DNA of 64,000 nucleotides from Amoebophrya sp. A120 (Eukaryota; Protista; Dinoflagellata). Below, piece after piece: positions 11,507-24,858 of this stretch (the first letter of the stretch is position 1; each line of letters opens with the position of its first letter). Made by a program: the position numbers and the translations under genes. The stretch spans positions 4,091,253-4,155,252 of the forward strand of contig CAJINV010000003.1 in NCBI GenBank assembly GCA_905178155.1, read 5' to 3'. The notes beneath the pieces are model-generated. The model was not told the origin of the DNA, did no database searches, and saw only the letters and a program-made list of their open reading frames with translations.

Positions 11507-14291
11507 TCAGAATCCCTTGGAGTAGTTTTTGATTTCCTGTAGGATTGCAGAATTCGGCACAATCAGTTCTTGCACATTCCGCAGCGCGTTGAGTTTGTGC
11601 AGGCATTTCTGATACCTGGTGTAGTAAAGCAACAGTTGCGTCAAGCACTGCTTGAGGATCTCTTTGCCGTTGTTGAAGTTGACAAACGCGTTCATGATGA
11701 AGGCGTGCAGGGAACTCATGTTCTGCTTCCAACTGCCAGCGAAATGGCGACTGATTTTTTCGGGCGTGCTGTTGAGGTCTTTCACGTCTAACGATGACGC
11801 CGCGCTGCCCGCAGGGCGCTTCGAGTTATTTGCTGGCTGTTCACTTGCTGAGGCATCGCCGCTGGAATGATGTTGATCCCCGGCCTTGACCTCGTGCGCC
11901 TGCACAAAATCAATCATGTCGGGGTAATAGAGTCGAAATTGCATTTCGATGAACTCCGCCACCTCGGTACGCAGCAGATCTTCGAAGTGCCCCGTCACCT
12001 GGGGCGGGAGCTGGCGCTCGTAGAAGACCGTGAGTATCAGGTCGTAGTTGTTGATCAAGAACACGCGGGCGTCGACTTTCGGTAGACAGCGGCTGGCCAC
12101 GGCCTGCAGCTCCGTGACGAACGCTGCCTGTAAGGTGGCGAGGCTCGACACGAGGACCTCGTCAGGTTCCGTGGTCGCTTTCTGCTGCTCCAGCTGGTGC
12201 GAAGAGAGAGCCTTCGGCGCGCCGGACGTAGAGCCTTCAACAACCGCTAGCTGATGAACAACGGGTGCCTGCAGCAGTGTCAGCGACGCGAACAGCTCTG
12301 CATAGCGGCGAGTCACAAAGTGCGGATGAGTGCAGGAAGACGGGGCCGACGTTGTACCTTGCGTGTTCGCGGCGGCGTTTCCGGCTGCGGTGCCCGCGAC
12401 GGGAGTGGTCGTGCCGCGATCCAGAAGGCTGATGTTACGAAACTCCTGCAGGGAGTTGGTGTTCTCCGCGAGGATCAACCGCAGGCGGGGCCACATCTCC
12501 AGCAATATTTTGTCGAAATATGCGTCCAGAATGTGCAAGTTGCGTCCGCTTGTCATTTTCTCCTTGTAATATTCCACGACCCGGATCTGGATCAACAACC
12601 CCACTGAGTCGTAGCAGCTTTCCGTATATTCCACCATCTTCTCGTGAAAAAATTGCAGGGTTCGCTCGAACACATCCTGTGCATTGTGGTGAAGGGCGGA
12701 TGGTGACTTTATGAAGATTTATTTTAAGTAAAAGTATTCTTACAAAAACGACAATCGCGGCAATTCCAAGCACAAATTTTTTTGGCTGCCTTGGAACATC
12801 AAACCACGTGAGTACCTGAAATATTCGGGCGCCGATGTTTTCGCCGAGAAAAAACTCGGTGAGGAAGTGAAACTCCGAAGAGGCGGTGTCGATCAGAAGT
12901 CGCTGGTGACTTCGAAAAAGGGCCTCGGGGTAATATTTCAGCTCGGACTTCAAGTGCGCCACAATCGGGTCCTTGTCCAAGTCGTTCTCGAGCACGGCAT
13001 TGCGGCCGGACAGGGAAAACACGTTCCCCTTTTCGTTCATCTTGGTCTTGAACAGGCTCTCCCCGATGCCGAGGTAGCTGGCCATCTTGGCCATGTTGCC
13101 TGTGGCATCGTTCAGCAACGCACTTTCCGCTCCACCCGCGGCGGACGTGCCGAAAAAATTGCACAGCAAATCCGCGCGGCCAGGGCCCCACTCCAGCTGC
13201 AGTTTGGATAAAGACAGCAAATACGTCTTGAACTGCTGGAGGTACACCTTCCCCATGGTTTGAATGTAGCTCTGCCGGATTTCCGTCAGTGCCTCCGGAG
13301 CGTGCTGGCCGAGGAAAGCGTTGAAGTACTTGAAGCTGAGGAGCACGTTCTGTTGCAGAATCTGTAGATTGGTCTTCGGCTTTTTCAACGTTTGGATCTT
13401 CTGGAGCAAAAAGGTGTGCACCCGGTAAATGGCCTTCAGCTTCAGCCGCTCGAGCTCGGGAAGGGCGCCATGCTGCTGTTCCTCGCCCAAGGCTCCTGAC
13501 CCGGGGGTCGTTCGCGGCGGAAACTGTGCCCTGCTGCTAGAGGAACCGCCATCGCGGGATCCTGGGAGGGAGTTTAGGAGATATAATCACGGAGCGTTTT
13601 TCTTCCCCTTCTGCAAAGACAAAACCCAAGTGCGCAAAGATGTTCTTCCGCTAGTTGTAGGTAGATGCGAAAATACTTCGAAGAAGCTGATGCATGTAAA
13701 TTCTATACCGCGACTGACCCCGTCCAGTTTTCGACAGAGTTCTTCCACTTGCTGCACGTAGTGATCGTCGATTTCGCCTTCGCAAATGGTGCGTGCGAGC
13801 TCTTGCGAAATGATCAGGCCGTTCACGTAGTTGGTCAACAAGTGGCTCGCGGCGCGGCGGTTGCGCAGGTTCGTGCTCATCTGCATGGACTCCGTTTGTA
13901 GGCTCTTGATTTCGTCCGAGATGGTCTGCAGGTCCGAATGAAAGTTGGAGAGCACTTCGCCAATTGACGCCAGCGTCTGGTCGCACTGCTCGATTTCGCG
14001 ATCCAACTCGCGAAACTCGGGCATGCTCGCAGTGAACTGTTCGAGAATGTCGCTTTCCTTGGCTCGCAACTCGTCGGCGACTTCGCAACATTCCTTTTCG
14101 AGGCGCTCCAACTGAGATTCCACGGTCTCGGTCGCGTGGGAGGACGCAGCTGGGACAACTCCTTTAATATTCTCACCGGATGTTCTTGCCGCGCTGGGTG
14201 TCGCGTTGGAAGGTAAAAGAAACTGGTCAAGCACGTCGTCCAGCCCCTCAAACTCCACGTCATAGCTCTGCATCACCGCGGCAGCCGCCAT
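11507..14291 (-). CDS. VPS52: Vacuolar protein sorting 52 (GARP/EARP complex subunit)
   Basis: Exons 14291-13709, 13561-12816 and 12676-11507 with GT-AG introns in phase. Vps52 hallmarks: FHSDLQTISDEIKSLQTES..NLRNRR, PELERLKLKA, KKPKTNLQILQQNVLL, YPEALFRS, PHFVTRRYAE, FLINNYDLIL, FVNFNNGKEILK..LTQLLLYY. Confidence 0.93.
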
Positions 14292-15030
14292 CACTAACTG
14301 ATACTATCCTTTGGTCCCGCTTGGTGAACCAGTTTTTGTTCAGGCACAAACGCCGTTCACCAGGTACAGCACATTGCCATATGCGCGATGATGCAACCAA
14401 ATTGGGATTTCATTTCATACATGCATGGGATCACAACGTACATAACATTCTGATTATATCACTTCTGGACAAAAAATGCAGCATCCATCACGAATCAAGA
14501 GTTCTATTTGTATTTCACGAACCGAGAAACTACAAAAGCTGTGGCCGTGGAGGTGGACGAGACGAAAAGACCAATTTTAGTCTACTAGTGCGGGGTCACA
14601 GGTTTCTTGCAGAACTGGAAGCGAGCCCCACAAGCACGATGCTAGGTCCTATTTGGTTGCCTAGAAATAGCATGTCAAATACAAATAGAACAACTTGCAG
14701 CATATTACGCCTTGCAGCTTTCATCAGTGCAGCTTCATTATTATACGTGCTGTACTTTTTGCAAAGTCGTACTTACTTTACTTTGCAACATGTATAACTT
14801 ATAATTCCGATATTCTTTATTCGCAAAATCAATATGATGGAGCGCTTGTGCGTTTTCGTTTTTTCGTTTTGCAAACGCAGCATTGTCATCGTATGCGAGC
14901 CTTTTTATACACATGAGCGTTCTACTTTTTTCGTTTGTCAGACATTGGTAGATTATACTGGATTTTCTTCTTTACGACCGGGTATATCTCTTCATCGCTT
15001 TGGCGGTGTCGGCAATGTCCAAAACCAAGC

Positions 15031-17526
15031 CTAAGACAGTGGTCTTGATACCACGGATGGTTTACTGGAGTCAGCACGCCACTGCTCTAAACTTTTTTCC
15101 AGTTTGTGCACAAATGTGTTTGATGTTTCATTTGGCGCCGTCTCTCCCTTGATCTCACAGTTCTGCATCTGTGTCACCAGGTCGCGCAGCGTTAAGCAAG
15201 CGCCTCCAAGCTGCGCGCTCTGGTCTGCATCTGCGTGCTCCCGCACCTGCGCCGTTGCAGTACTATCGGAGTCAGAAGCTGTCCTCACCTCGGCCTCGGG
15301 TTTCGTCTTTATTCCCTGTTCTGTGTCGTCCCCGAGACCAACCGTGCGATCGACCCAGGGACCATAGAACGGGCACGTAACGGGGCTCATGAAGTACCAG
15401 CACATTTGCCCGAGATCCGTCCACGTCAAGGCCTCCTTTGCTTCATCTTGAAAGAGTATCGCCTCCTCAGCATCCTGGTATGGGCCGAGAATCTGGATGC
15501 CCTTGGTGCCGTCGCTTTTTCTGGCGTCCGCAAAGTCCACGACGTAGTACTCGCCATTTTTTGTTTGCAGTACGACAAAGGCCTCTGTCCACACCGTTCC
15601 CGCACTTTTTGGCGAGCAGCTGTCGTTCGTGGTCGCACCACACGCTGCGCAGGCCTGCCAGACCCGCGCCATGCCGTTCCCGAGGGCATTTACGAGAACC
15701 GGGGCCCAGTCCCACCGGTAGCGCAGAACCCGCTCGCACGAGGTCACTTCTTCATCCAGGCAGCGGACGTCCGGCACGTGCACGGGCGGCAATACGCACT
15801 GTAGCCTGCAACTGCCGTCGAGCGACACACCGCTGCGCGCCGCGGTACTCCGAAACTCTTGTAGACACTCGCCGGTCTTCCAGCTTGCGACATCCGGGGC
15901 TTCGACACAAAAGTGAGCGTTCTCGAAGCGACGGAGAAGCGGGACGGCGCTGTTTGCAGAAGCACTCTCTACTGCAAGAGAGCAATCCGCTGCTGGTCGA
16001 GCTTGTTTTTCGCCGGATCTACTTGTCGTTCCTGCTCCTAGTCCGCCGATAAGGGGCTTTATTCGCGGGAAGTCGGCGCTGGGTCGAAAATAAACAAAGC
16101 TCGGCGTGCTTCTTCGTCCGAACGGTGTCTGCGAATCGACATAGACTACCAAGTTCGTGTCTTTGATCGCTGGAAAAAAAGGCGAACCACTGGAACAGAG
16201 TTTTGCTGTGAACAAGGGACAAGTGTCAGGTTCGCGCACGCCGGATGCATGATCGCAAGGTTCTTTCGCACGCCGCCCGCAAGAGGTGACAGTGAGTCCA
16301 CTGCTTCCTCCTGCGTGTGGGTCAGGAGCAGAGCAGGCTGGCTGCATGGGTGGTGGAGCCACGTACACAATTGTGAGCTTCTCTTGCTGCTTTTCCTTTG
16401 CCTGCATGGTCGTCACTGGAAAATTGCTTCCCGGCCCATCCTCTGGTAGAGCACCTGCTTGATTCGTATTTTTAGCAAGCTCATCTTCACCAAACAAAAC
16501 ACGATGCGCTTCTCCCGACTGCTGCAAGTCCCGGATGACTTCATCGTAACGCTCCAGGGGATAAAAGTGCACGCGTCCTTGCAAAAGCTCCGGGGGAAAG
16601 TGGTGCCCGTCGCTTTTTCCGTTTCGACGGGCTTTCTCGAGTGAGTGCAGGCATCGCAGTCGCAGATTAGAAGAGTGCACAAAAACATGAGCTTCCACTT
16701 TTGGAGCCGCGGGTCGTTCGTCAGCAGTGCTAGAGTGCCGTTCTTCGGTGGAAGCACCTCCACGTACCGCATTCCGCGCTGATGACACTTCATCGTCCTT
16801 GTCATTCGTTTGCGTCTGCGGTTTGTTGGCTGTCCATGTCCTTCGTACCGGGAGGTTTTCGAGTATCAGTCCGCTGAGCGTGTCCAGGATCTCACTCGCA
16901 CGCTCGCGGCTTTCGACCAGCGCCACCTCCTGTTCCGCAGCGTTGGCGGCTCGGTGCCGGTCCCGGTTTCCTTGCTCGTATCCTGAGTAAAAACGTCCCC
17001 ACACCAGAGTCAAGATGGGGATTTTGCAACACAAACCTAAGAGCCTTGGACGTCACGCATGACAACTTGCATTCCATAGTGTAGTGCAGGTTAGCAAGTG
17101 CAGCCGCATCACAGATCCATATGCTTATCCTGTTCACAGCATCACAAATTCCTAAAACACGATTGGAAATGGCTACCATGGGTATGCGCATCACAAATGT
17201 CCTCGTCAATGCAAATCTGCATGACAACTCTGAGGTGGGGACGTTTTTCCTTATGATAGCTCGATCAGATTATTCTGTGTCCGCAAACTCGCGGCTATCT
17301 GCATCGTCTGGTACGCACTGACGCTGTTTGCGAGGGCAGTCACTGATACCGCACCCGTCGCGGCCATCATCGCAGCATTCTGAGTCCCGGCATCAAAACC
17401 GACAGTAGTCAGGAGCGCATTACCACCTTGCGTGATGCCGTCCGCGATGGAGTTCGTAACTTCCGCGGAAAGTCCGTTCATCATCAGCTGTGCTCGCTTG
17501 CGGCCAAGCTGCAACGCCGCTGCACC
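15031..17526 (-). CDS. Hypothetical protein interrupted by an introner; upstream exons unresolved
   Basis: ORFs 17251-17949 and 15031-17034 fuse in frame (..QNNLIE-QGNRDRHR..) once element 16979-17258 plus one TSD is removed. Confidence 0.65.
16979..17258. mobile_element. TIR introner family 1, copy a (280 bp, TSD GCTCG)
   Basis: Left end tatcctgagtaaaaacgtccccacaccagagt pairs imperfectly with right end actctgaggtggggacgtttttccttatgata. GCTCG at 16974-16978 and 17259-17263. Homologous to 30028-30306 in the opposite orientation. Confidence 0.93.
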
Positions 17527-18555
17527 TGGTAGAAACCCACGATTTAAGTTTATGCTGTCCGGCGGTAGTAGAGAAGTTAGGCATTGAAACTCGCCTCCGA
17601 AAAGGCTCCATAGGTTGGAGAAAAAGCACAAGAACCGGAACCAAACGACTAAATCCATTTTGCTAACGTTTATCTGCGGTGCGCCGAAAAGACAATGGGA
17701 AAGAGTAAGAGCTCTGTCTTCTAGAATGTAGAATATATGGTGCCGCGTTGTGCCTTGACCAAAGCGAATTCCAGGTGGAAGTTTACAGAAGCAAGTGTGT
17801 GCGTAGGGAACTTGAAAGTGAAGGATCGGAGTAGATCGACGAGGCAAAAGACCGATGCAGCACGAAGAGCGAAGTGACACGAAATTGAATGATCCACAAA
17901 TGTCAGTTAGCAGTGAGGCCTGAATATGATTTACATCATCTTCATGCAACTAAACTCTTGTCGTTGCCGCAACACTGCCCAAAAAACAGGAACACACGAA
18001 TGCGCATCAGTATGTTAAGAAGCAAATTGCTCCTCACGAATACAGGGTTAGTCATTCGCTCCTTTTTGGGTCAAAAAAAAGCTCATCTAGGTAAACAGAA
18101 ATGAAGCTCGAGCTCGTTCTCGTTTGAAGTAGTTCTCTGGCACAAGAATATGACTGCTTTATTGTACTCGTCGTCCTCGTCGTCGATCCTTGTGCGGAGC
18201 GAGCACCTGGATCAATCGATAGTTGTCTCATATGTTCTCTGCCTCTAATTTGGAATGGGAATGATAAAGATCGACAAGATGCGATCTCGCATAAACGAGA
18301 GTGTAAGCTTCACCGCATTCTCTTCAACTCGCCATGGACATGGTGGTGTTCAGGCGAAGCAAAGAGCTCGATGTCCTCATAGATTAGGTTTCATTGACGT
18401 TCTTCAGGAATATGGAGGATGAATCCGAATCGTCAGGAAAGACCGAAGCATTGAGTTTCGAAAGACAAAGAGGGTAGCGTTCTTGGGTTCTTACTATACT
18501 AAACTGCCTGCGTGCCCAGAGAGATAAGGAAGACTGCAATTATAGCTTTACTTGA

Positions 18556-21222
18556 TTACTGAAGAAGTTTTGTGTCGTTAGATGTGTCAAGATGTTCTAG
18601 CACTGCTTGCAACAGCGCCCTGCCGTCTTGATGCCACAGTTCCGGAGATTCGCCTGCATAGGATTCAAGGGTGTAGGAATGACGTGCGAATCTTGCGGCC
18701 ACGGCTCTACCGCTTCCACCGTTTTTCTCCTTTGCCTCTTTAATTTTGAAACGGCACTGTATGCATTCTTGCATCGCAACGCTGGTGTTCGTGACGGTCG
18801 ACGTTTTGTCCGGGCCGGAAGCGGAATCGATATCGGCGATGCACATATCTTCGTTGTCGTCGGTTCCCTGGTGATACATGAAGGATTTAGACAACCTTTG
18901 CGGAGCAAAGGGATGGAGCTCTTGGAGATCGCTAGAGCCCGCGCCGCGCTCCGTGCCACTGAGATCTTGCGCGGAAGACGCCGCCGCACCGTGCTCAAAA
19001 CTGTGGAAGTCAACGTACAGGCAGAAGTCAGTAAACGATTGCAACACTGGCCAAACACGTTCCACAAGAGCCGGCACGGCATCGAAATCAGCTGCCACTA
19101 CCGCAGACGAGGTCTCTGGGTCCCCGACGGCTGCTGGGTTCTTCTTCAACCTTCGTGTTGGTTTCTGCGTGCCCCGGCCACCCTGCTTAGCCATAGCCGC
19201 CGCAGGAGACGCGCCGCCGAGTCTGTGGCTGTCGCTCTGGTAACTATAGCATCGGTTCAGATCGTGGCCGACGGCGTTTGCGCGGAAGTGACCCCGGGTA
19301 ACTCCATCCGGGTTCAGCATCGGAACCAGCACGAAGATCCAGTCTTCTGCGCTCCACTTTTCGCACAGCGCCGACACGAAGCCCTCAAAGGCAAACGACG
19401 CTGCACTTTCGGTCGGGTGACAGCGCGCGGAGCAGAATACTGCTTTGAGTGGCTTCTTCGCGAGGGGAGTGACAACTATGCTGTTACTGCTTTGGAGCGT
19501 CACGAGCGGCAATTCTCTTACTACCGTAGGTACTAGATTTTCATCCTCGGCCGGCGGTCCGAAATTCGCGAAATGTGCAATCTGCGGTGGCTGTTCAACT
19601 TCAAACTCAACATCCATCGGGGACGCAACAGTGGAAGGAGCGGTCGAACAGGTACTAGCAGTGTCGTCATCAGCCGCGCTCTGGTGTTGCGTCTGTTTGT
19701 TCTCCATGCGTCTCAACAGCGCACTGACTTGCTCCCTGTTGCTTTCACAGGAGAAGACGTAGAGAGGAATTCTTTCCCCGTCGCACGACATTCCGAGGAC
19801 GGCATCGCTACGCGAGAGAAAAAACGGTCGCCTAGTTTTGAGCTGGCCAGGTTCACGAACTGCAGGGGCATGATCCTCTTGGACGACGTGTCGCTCTCGC
19901 TCCAACCTGGGTCGTGCTGACGTTGACAATCTCGTCGGGTGCTGGCACAACAAGTTTCGCCGGCATTGTTCCATGAACTCCGAAGCCTCCGAGGGAGCAT
20001 ACGGCACACTGTGCGCAACTTCGATAGCAGAATAGGCTGACATTTCGTCTTTAAGAGCGAGCCGGTACTTGAACCGTTCCGGGCCGGCAAAAAGCTGGCG
20101 TTCCTTCTCGACTGTGACTAGGGTTGCCGGCCAGCGTTTCCAACTCGACCAAAGTACACCATTTGTATTGCCATTCGTCCGATCCAACTTTTGATGTGTT
20201 GCGATGCTGTCCATGTCCTTGATGTGGCCTCCACTCTCAATGCGGTAGCGGTACCATGGGGTGTAAGAAGCACCACCGGCGTTCTCGCCGCCTTCAACAT
20301 CGCTTTCGTCTGGTGCACCTCTTTTCCAGGAGGCGGAGCTTTCGTTCTTTGTCTTCATGCGCTGCCGCATGTTGTGCACAACAATGTTTTTGACCTTCGT
20401 CGACTTGTTCCCGTGCCTCCCGAATTGACCATGAAGACCGGAAGCGTTTTCATCGCTACTGCCCGCACCCGGACCCGGCGCGTCGCGGTTTCCGTCCTTA
20501 TCCGTGTCGACGACGCTGTCAACTGGTTGTTCGATCCGCAGATAAAACCAGCCACCGGGAAAGCGAGGTAGGCAATGTTCTTCAGGCAGCAGCTCGCGAA
20601 TCCGGCCAATGGAAAAGTCGCGTCGCCAGTCTGCTTTGGAGACGACCACTGTGACGTCGTCGTGCTCCCGCAGCTCCCGGGACGGCGAGGTCAGATGCTT
20701 CTTTGTACCATCTTCACTTCCTTGTCGGAGTTTTGTCCTGTGAAAAGCAAAGCCTTCAACATCCCGCAGCGCGTTTTTTTGTTCCTTGCCACCACGCGCG
20801 ACGGCTTCCGAAGTACAGATGAGGACTTCACAGCTGCACTCACTTTCGCCATTCCGATTCCTCGCACAAGCACTAGCACCCACCACATTGGCTTTGGAAT
20901 CCGTCCCACCTGGCGTGTCGTCATCGTCCTCCGTTCCGTGTCCCGCACCTTGCGTGAGGTCGAGAAGGCATCCGGATCCACGATGCGCCGCACAAGTTCT
21001 CACGTATTTCCGGCCCGCGCGCGGCCATCCCGTGCGTGGAGCAGCGACATACACATCAAGGACCGCGGTGGCACTGCAATATTTCGCGCGCCCGGCACCA
21101 TTGCCACCGGCGAAGTCGCTGCGGACACGCAAGAAAGAAGAAACTTTGCAATTACCTTGCGACAAGGGCTCCACGGTATTCAATTGACACGACTCTACTT
21201 CACGACCATGAGACCGAGCCAT
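18556..21222 (-). CDS. Zinc carboxypeptidase, M14 family, cytosolic carboxypeptidase (CCP/AGBL)-like
   Basis: 888-aa ORF with SARCHPTES (HxxE), VLVPMLNPDGVTRGHFRANAVGHDLNRCY, YVDFHS and SYTLES, plus an AHSVPY motif N-terminal to the catalytic domain. Confidence 0.85.
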   Translation of the reverse strand: MARSHGREVESCQLNTVEPLSQGNCKVSSFLRVRSDFAGGNGAGRAKYCSATAVLDVYVAAPRTGWPRAGRKYVRTCAAHRGSGCLLDLTQGAGHGTEDDDDTPGGTDSKANVVGASACARNRNGESECSCEVLICTSEAVARGGKEQKNALRDVEGFAFHRTKLRQGSEDGTKKHLTSPSRELREHDDVTVVVSKADWRRDFSIGRIRELLPEEHCLPRFPGGWFYLRIEQPVDSVVDTDKDGNRDAPGPGAGSSDENASGLHGQFGRHGNKSTKVKNIVVHNMRQRMKTKNESSASWKRGAPDESDVEGGENAGGASYTPWYRYRIESGGHIKDMDSIATHQKLDRTNGNTNGVLWSSWKRWPATLVTVEKERQLFAGPERFKYRLALKDEMSAYSAIEVAHSVPYAPSEASEFMEQCRRNLLCQHPTRLSTSARPRLERERHVVQEDHAPAVREPGQLKTRRPFFLSRSDAVLGMSCDGERIPLYVFSCESNREQVSALLRRMENKQTQHQSAADDDTASTCSTAPSTVASPMDVEFEVEQPPQIAHFANFGPPAEDENLVPTVVRELPLVTLQSSNSIVVTPLAKKPLKAVFCSARCHPTESAASFAFEGFVSALCEKWSAEDWIFVLVPMLNPDGVTRGHFRANAVGHDLNRCYSYQSDSHRLGGASPAAAMAKQGGRGTQKPTRRLKKNPAAVGDPETSSAVVAADFDAVPALVERVWPVLQSFTDFCLYVDFHSFEHGAAASSAQDLSGTERGAGSSDLQELHPFAPQRLSKSFMYHQGTDDNEDMCIADIDSASGPDKTSTVTNTSVAMQECIQCRFKIKEAKEKNGGSGRAVAARFARHSYTLESYAGESPELWHQDGRALLQAVLEHLDTSNDTKLLQ

Positions 21223-23053
21223 TTGTTTTCTTTCACGATGTCGTCCGGGTCGTTCTAGAACATCTACATCAAGACATGGTCAAGAGAAAAAACAGAAGAC
21301 GAATAGGAATATCAAGCGATTCTCTTCCTGCTATAACCTATCGCTACATCCTCTTCATCTTCTTATGTATCCTGCTGATTTTTTTTTAGGAAGCTCATCA
21401 ACTGCAAATCTTAATTCGGACGAGAACCTTTTGCGATGGGCATCACGATTTGGATTTGCAGCTCCTCTCGACGATCACGATTGCGATTTGAATATGCTAA
21501 AACTCACTCACAGTCATAGCCACAGGAGAGAGATAAGCAGACCACTCCAAATTGGCCACGAACGAAATTCATGTTTTGGTCTAGCTTTTTTATTTTTGCT
21601 ACCAACGCAGAACATGCAAGAATATCGCGCTTTGAAGCCGAAACCGAACTGAAGTACATATGATGTAGGCATACACAGCTGCCGCGAACCGTGGAGCTCC
21701 TTGTTCCAATCACATTTTCGAAAGGAAGAACCGGATTTTTTCATCGTTGAACAGAGAGGATCATATTAGCGTTACTACCGACGAACGATTTTCCCTTGGG
21801 ATTGTGTATTTGCGGATCGTCTTTCATGAGCTTCTTTTTCTCTGCGCAACTTTTTCGCTTTCTTTGAAACTGATCATGATCGTGCGCCTGCACTCCACTG
21901 TTTTTTCTTCATTTCATCTAGATCAATGACATTGTGATCGTATTTACAACAGCAACCAACAGTGCCGGTTAGCGGGGAAATGCATTGTTACTCGCTTGCT
22001 CGGAGAGCGCCTTTGGCTTTGCTAGCGATTTTCTCCTGCTGCCAGAGCCCTCAGACCGAGAAATTGTTCCCTTTACGATTACGCGCCACATCATGATGGA
22101 CCTCACCGAAGGACAAAAAGGAATACCAAATACAGGAACAATTTAAGGTCACAGGATTATGATCGTCATCATGCCACAGCAGCTGTGTCGCTGCGGTGGA
22201 CGACACCAGAAACGAGAGCCGGCGTCTCAGCGGCAGGCCATTGTTCCGCGAATGCTAGGTGACCTACGTCTCATGTGTGTCTCAGAGTTGCGGTACAAGC
22301 GGCAAAGGGACAGAGTCTCGAAACCGTCGGCGTGAAATGCACACGGTGCTATAACAGAATTGGAGGAGTGGAGAGCGCCGGAGCGCCCTTGTGCACCTCC
22401 ATCAATCATCAACAAGTCGGGCCGTTAAATAATGAAATGAGCGCTTTAGTAAAGAGTAGTACGTGCAGCTGCAGTGGTGATTCTTTTGGTAGCAGTCGTG
22501 TGTTCTAAAAGGAGGTGATGGCACCAGACACCTTGCTTCACCAGCTCCATGGCCATACGGGTTACATTGACTGTGCCCATGGCTATGGAAGATGCGTGGC
22601 GGCAAACAAGACCAGGTTGCGATTGGAACCAGGTGCGAATCTGTGTCGTACAACTGAGATGAGGAATAACCACTCGTATTCAAAAAGTTTTCAGCGGGTG
22701 CCTTTGAAAATCGGCAGCAGCAGTAGACATTGGTCGCACTCGCACTCGTAGTTTGATCGCCCATAAGAACCATGTCGAAGGACGCGCTAAATTCGGCTCT
22801 GCGAAGGCAGCCTAAAAATTGATCGATTTCAAGAGATGGTGCCCGAAGGATGCTAGTTACGTGAAGATGATGGTGTTTCTGCACACGAGCAGTTTCTCGT
22901 CGTTCTTCTACAACATGAGGATTTTCTTCTTGGATCAGGAGGAAGTCGTGTAAGGAAAGTATGTGCGCTGGACCACCTCCAGGACGATCTCAACTAGTTG
23001 TTGTACAAGAACTTCTAGCAGGATCGATGAAGTGAATATTACGTGTAGTAGCT

Positions 23054-24071
23054 TTAGCACAATGTGATTTCTCCGCAGGCTATACGCGCACCCGCGTTCC
23101 CCGTCGTGAGTGAGGTCTTGCCGTTTACGCCCGGTTCACTGTGGTCTCCCTTGCCGAGGTCATCTGTTATAGTGATGTGGATGTGGAAGTGGAGGTTGAC
23201 GAATCAAGATATTTGAAAAATCATATGGATCAGTTTCAACGAATACGGTTGATGTTGCACTTGGTTCACAAGTTCTGAATCAGAGTGCAGATCAGTACCT
23301 GGATCTTCGTGAACCATGACACTGCGACCAATGACGGTGTATTCGCCCTCCAGTTTGATTAGGTGATCTGTCAAAGAGCCCTTGGAGTTTCCGTCTGCGT
23401 CCACTTCGATATTGCCCATGTCTCCCACATGACGATCCTCATCCGTTGGCGCGCCATGATTCTTGCCTGTTTTTCGTAGTTTTTTTCTTTTTTATTTTTC
23501 GATACATACAGCAGCGTCGCCGACGTGGTATATGTGTTTCTTTTTTTTTTCTCCGAATTCGTAGTATGCACAAGATTTAGAATGCGTCGGTCGTGATAGC
23601 AAAGTCGGTTCCCAGAAATTACACTACATTTCTTTGCGCGCATGTGATTGACGTGAAGTCGAATGATAGCCTCGATGTCTAGGCCGACCTTAAGCTTATG
23701 AATTTGTGATTATTTCGGAGGCATGGTCGATTGTAGCAAAACTAGTTCCTACTCCTTAGTAAACAAGGTATACCAAAGGGGTTGTAGTGCGGTCCCGCTG
23801 ACATGCATCCGTTACTGAAGTCAGCCTTTTCGTGTATGTGAAACCCATGAAGTCCTGGCTTTCCGCATCCCTTGAGATCCCAGGAAATGACGCACTTTTC
23901 CGCGCTTTCTTGCACGAACGAAACCACGCCGGTGCACCCGGCCGCCGCTTCCTCCCCGCCGTGACAGGGCTTGCCCTTCGGGGCCACTACGCACTGAGCC
24001 TTGATCGGGTAAGACATTTTTCTGTTTGGCAGCACGTCAAAAATGTCGTACTTCTTTTCCTCGTTGCTCAT
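23054..24071 (-). CDS. SOD1: Cu/Zn superoxide dismutase
   Basis: Exons 24071-23774, 23466-23299 and 23163-23054 with GT-AG introns. [67 protein letters not shown]. The start could instead be the second ATG (MSYPIK). Confidence 0.96.
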
Positions 24072-24858
24072 GGACGATTTTCTAAACCGAATCTACAGTT
24101 GGAGTTGTGCTGTTGTGTTTATGGATCAAAATTCTCACGTGCTGACGAGATGAAAAGCAGGTTATTATGTTCCCCCGGATCTGTTGGAAATTAGAATTAC
24201 AGGCGTGGCTCCACAAATCCAATCAAGTCTGAAGACAGCTACTGAAAAACCTTTCGATTATTTCGTGCAGCTGAGACAAGTGGAGAAACGTAGTTATTTC
24301 GACGAATGAAATATGTTCAAAATGCTGTCGCGAATCTATAAGGAAGTGGAAGAGACTGACTGTGAGCAGGTTGAATATGACAATTTAAGGGGCAACCATA
24401 AAAAAAGACTACCACATTCTCCGTTTTCAAGAACTTCCCCGCGACTCGGCCGCATCTTCCTAAGGAGAGATCACATTCTAATTCAGGCTCTCGTGAGGGA
24501 CATCAATATCGCAACTACTTTCTACTTCTTTCCGACTCGCTTCATGGCTACGGAAGCCAAAATGAAAATGGCTTCCGTCTATAGACAAGGCAAAGGCCTT
24601 GAGCCAAAATGGCTAATTGCCGTTCGGTATGCTCGCACTCAGTTGGTGCGGCGGAACAGCAGTTTTGTGGAGAAACGCAAAAAACCCCCAATGAGAGATA
24701 GAGCTGGACGGACTAGTGGAGAAAAACAAAAAGCTACCCTATTTCTTACTTAAAAACGTTGAAAGAAAAAGGAGGTAACGAAAGAGAGGGAGACAGACTA
24801 CCTTGACTGATGCTGATGCTGATGGCGAAGCGCGGGCGCAACGCGGGCGGAGGGGCAC

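Noticed and set aside
16979-17034. N-terminus MCCKIPILTLVWGRFYSG of the 667-aa ORF, also seen in ORF 30251-30586
   Set aside because: It is translated introner family 1 end sequence, not a protein motif.
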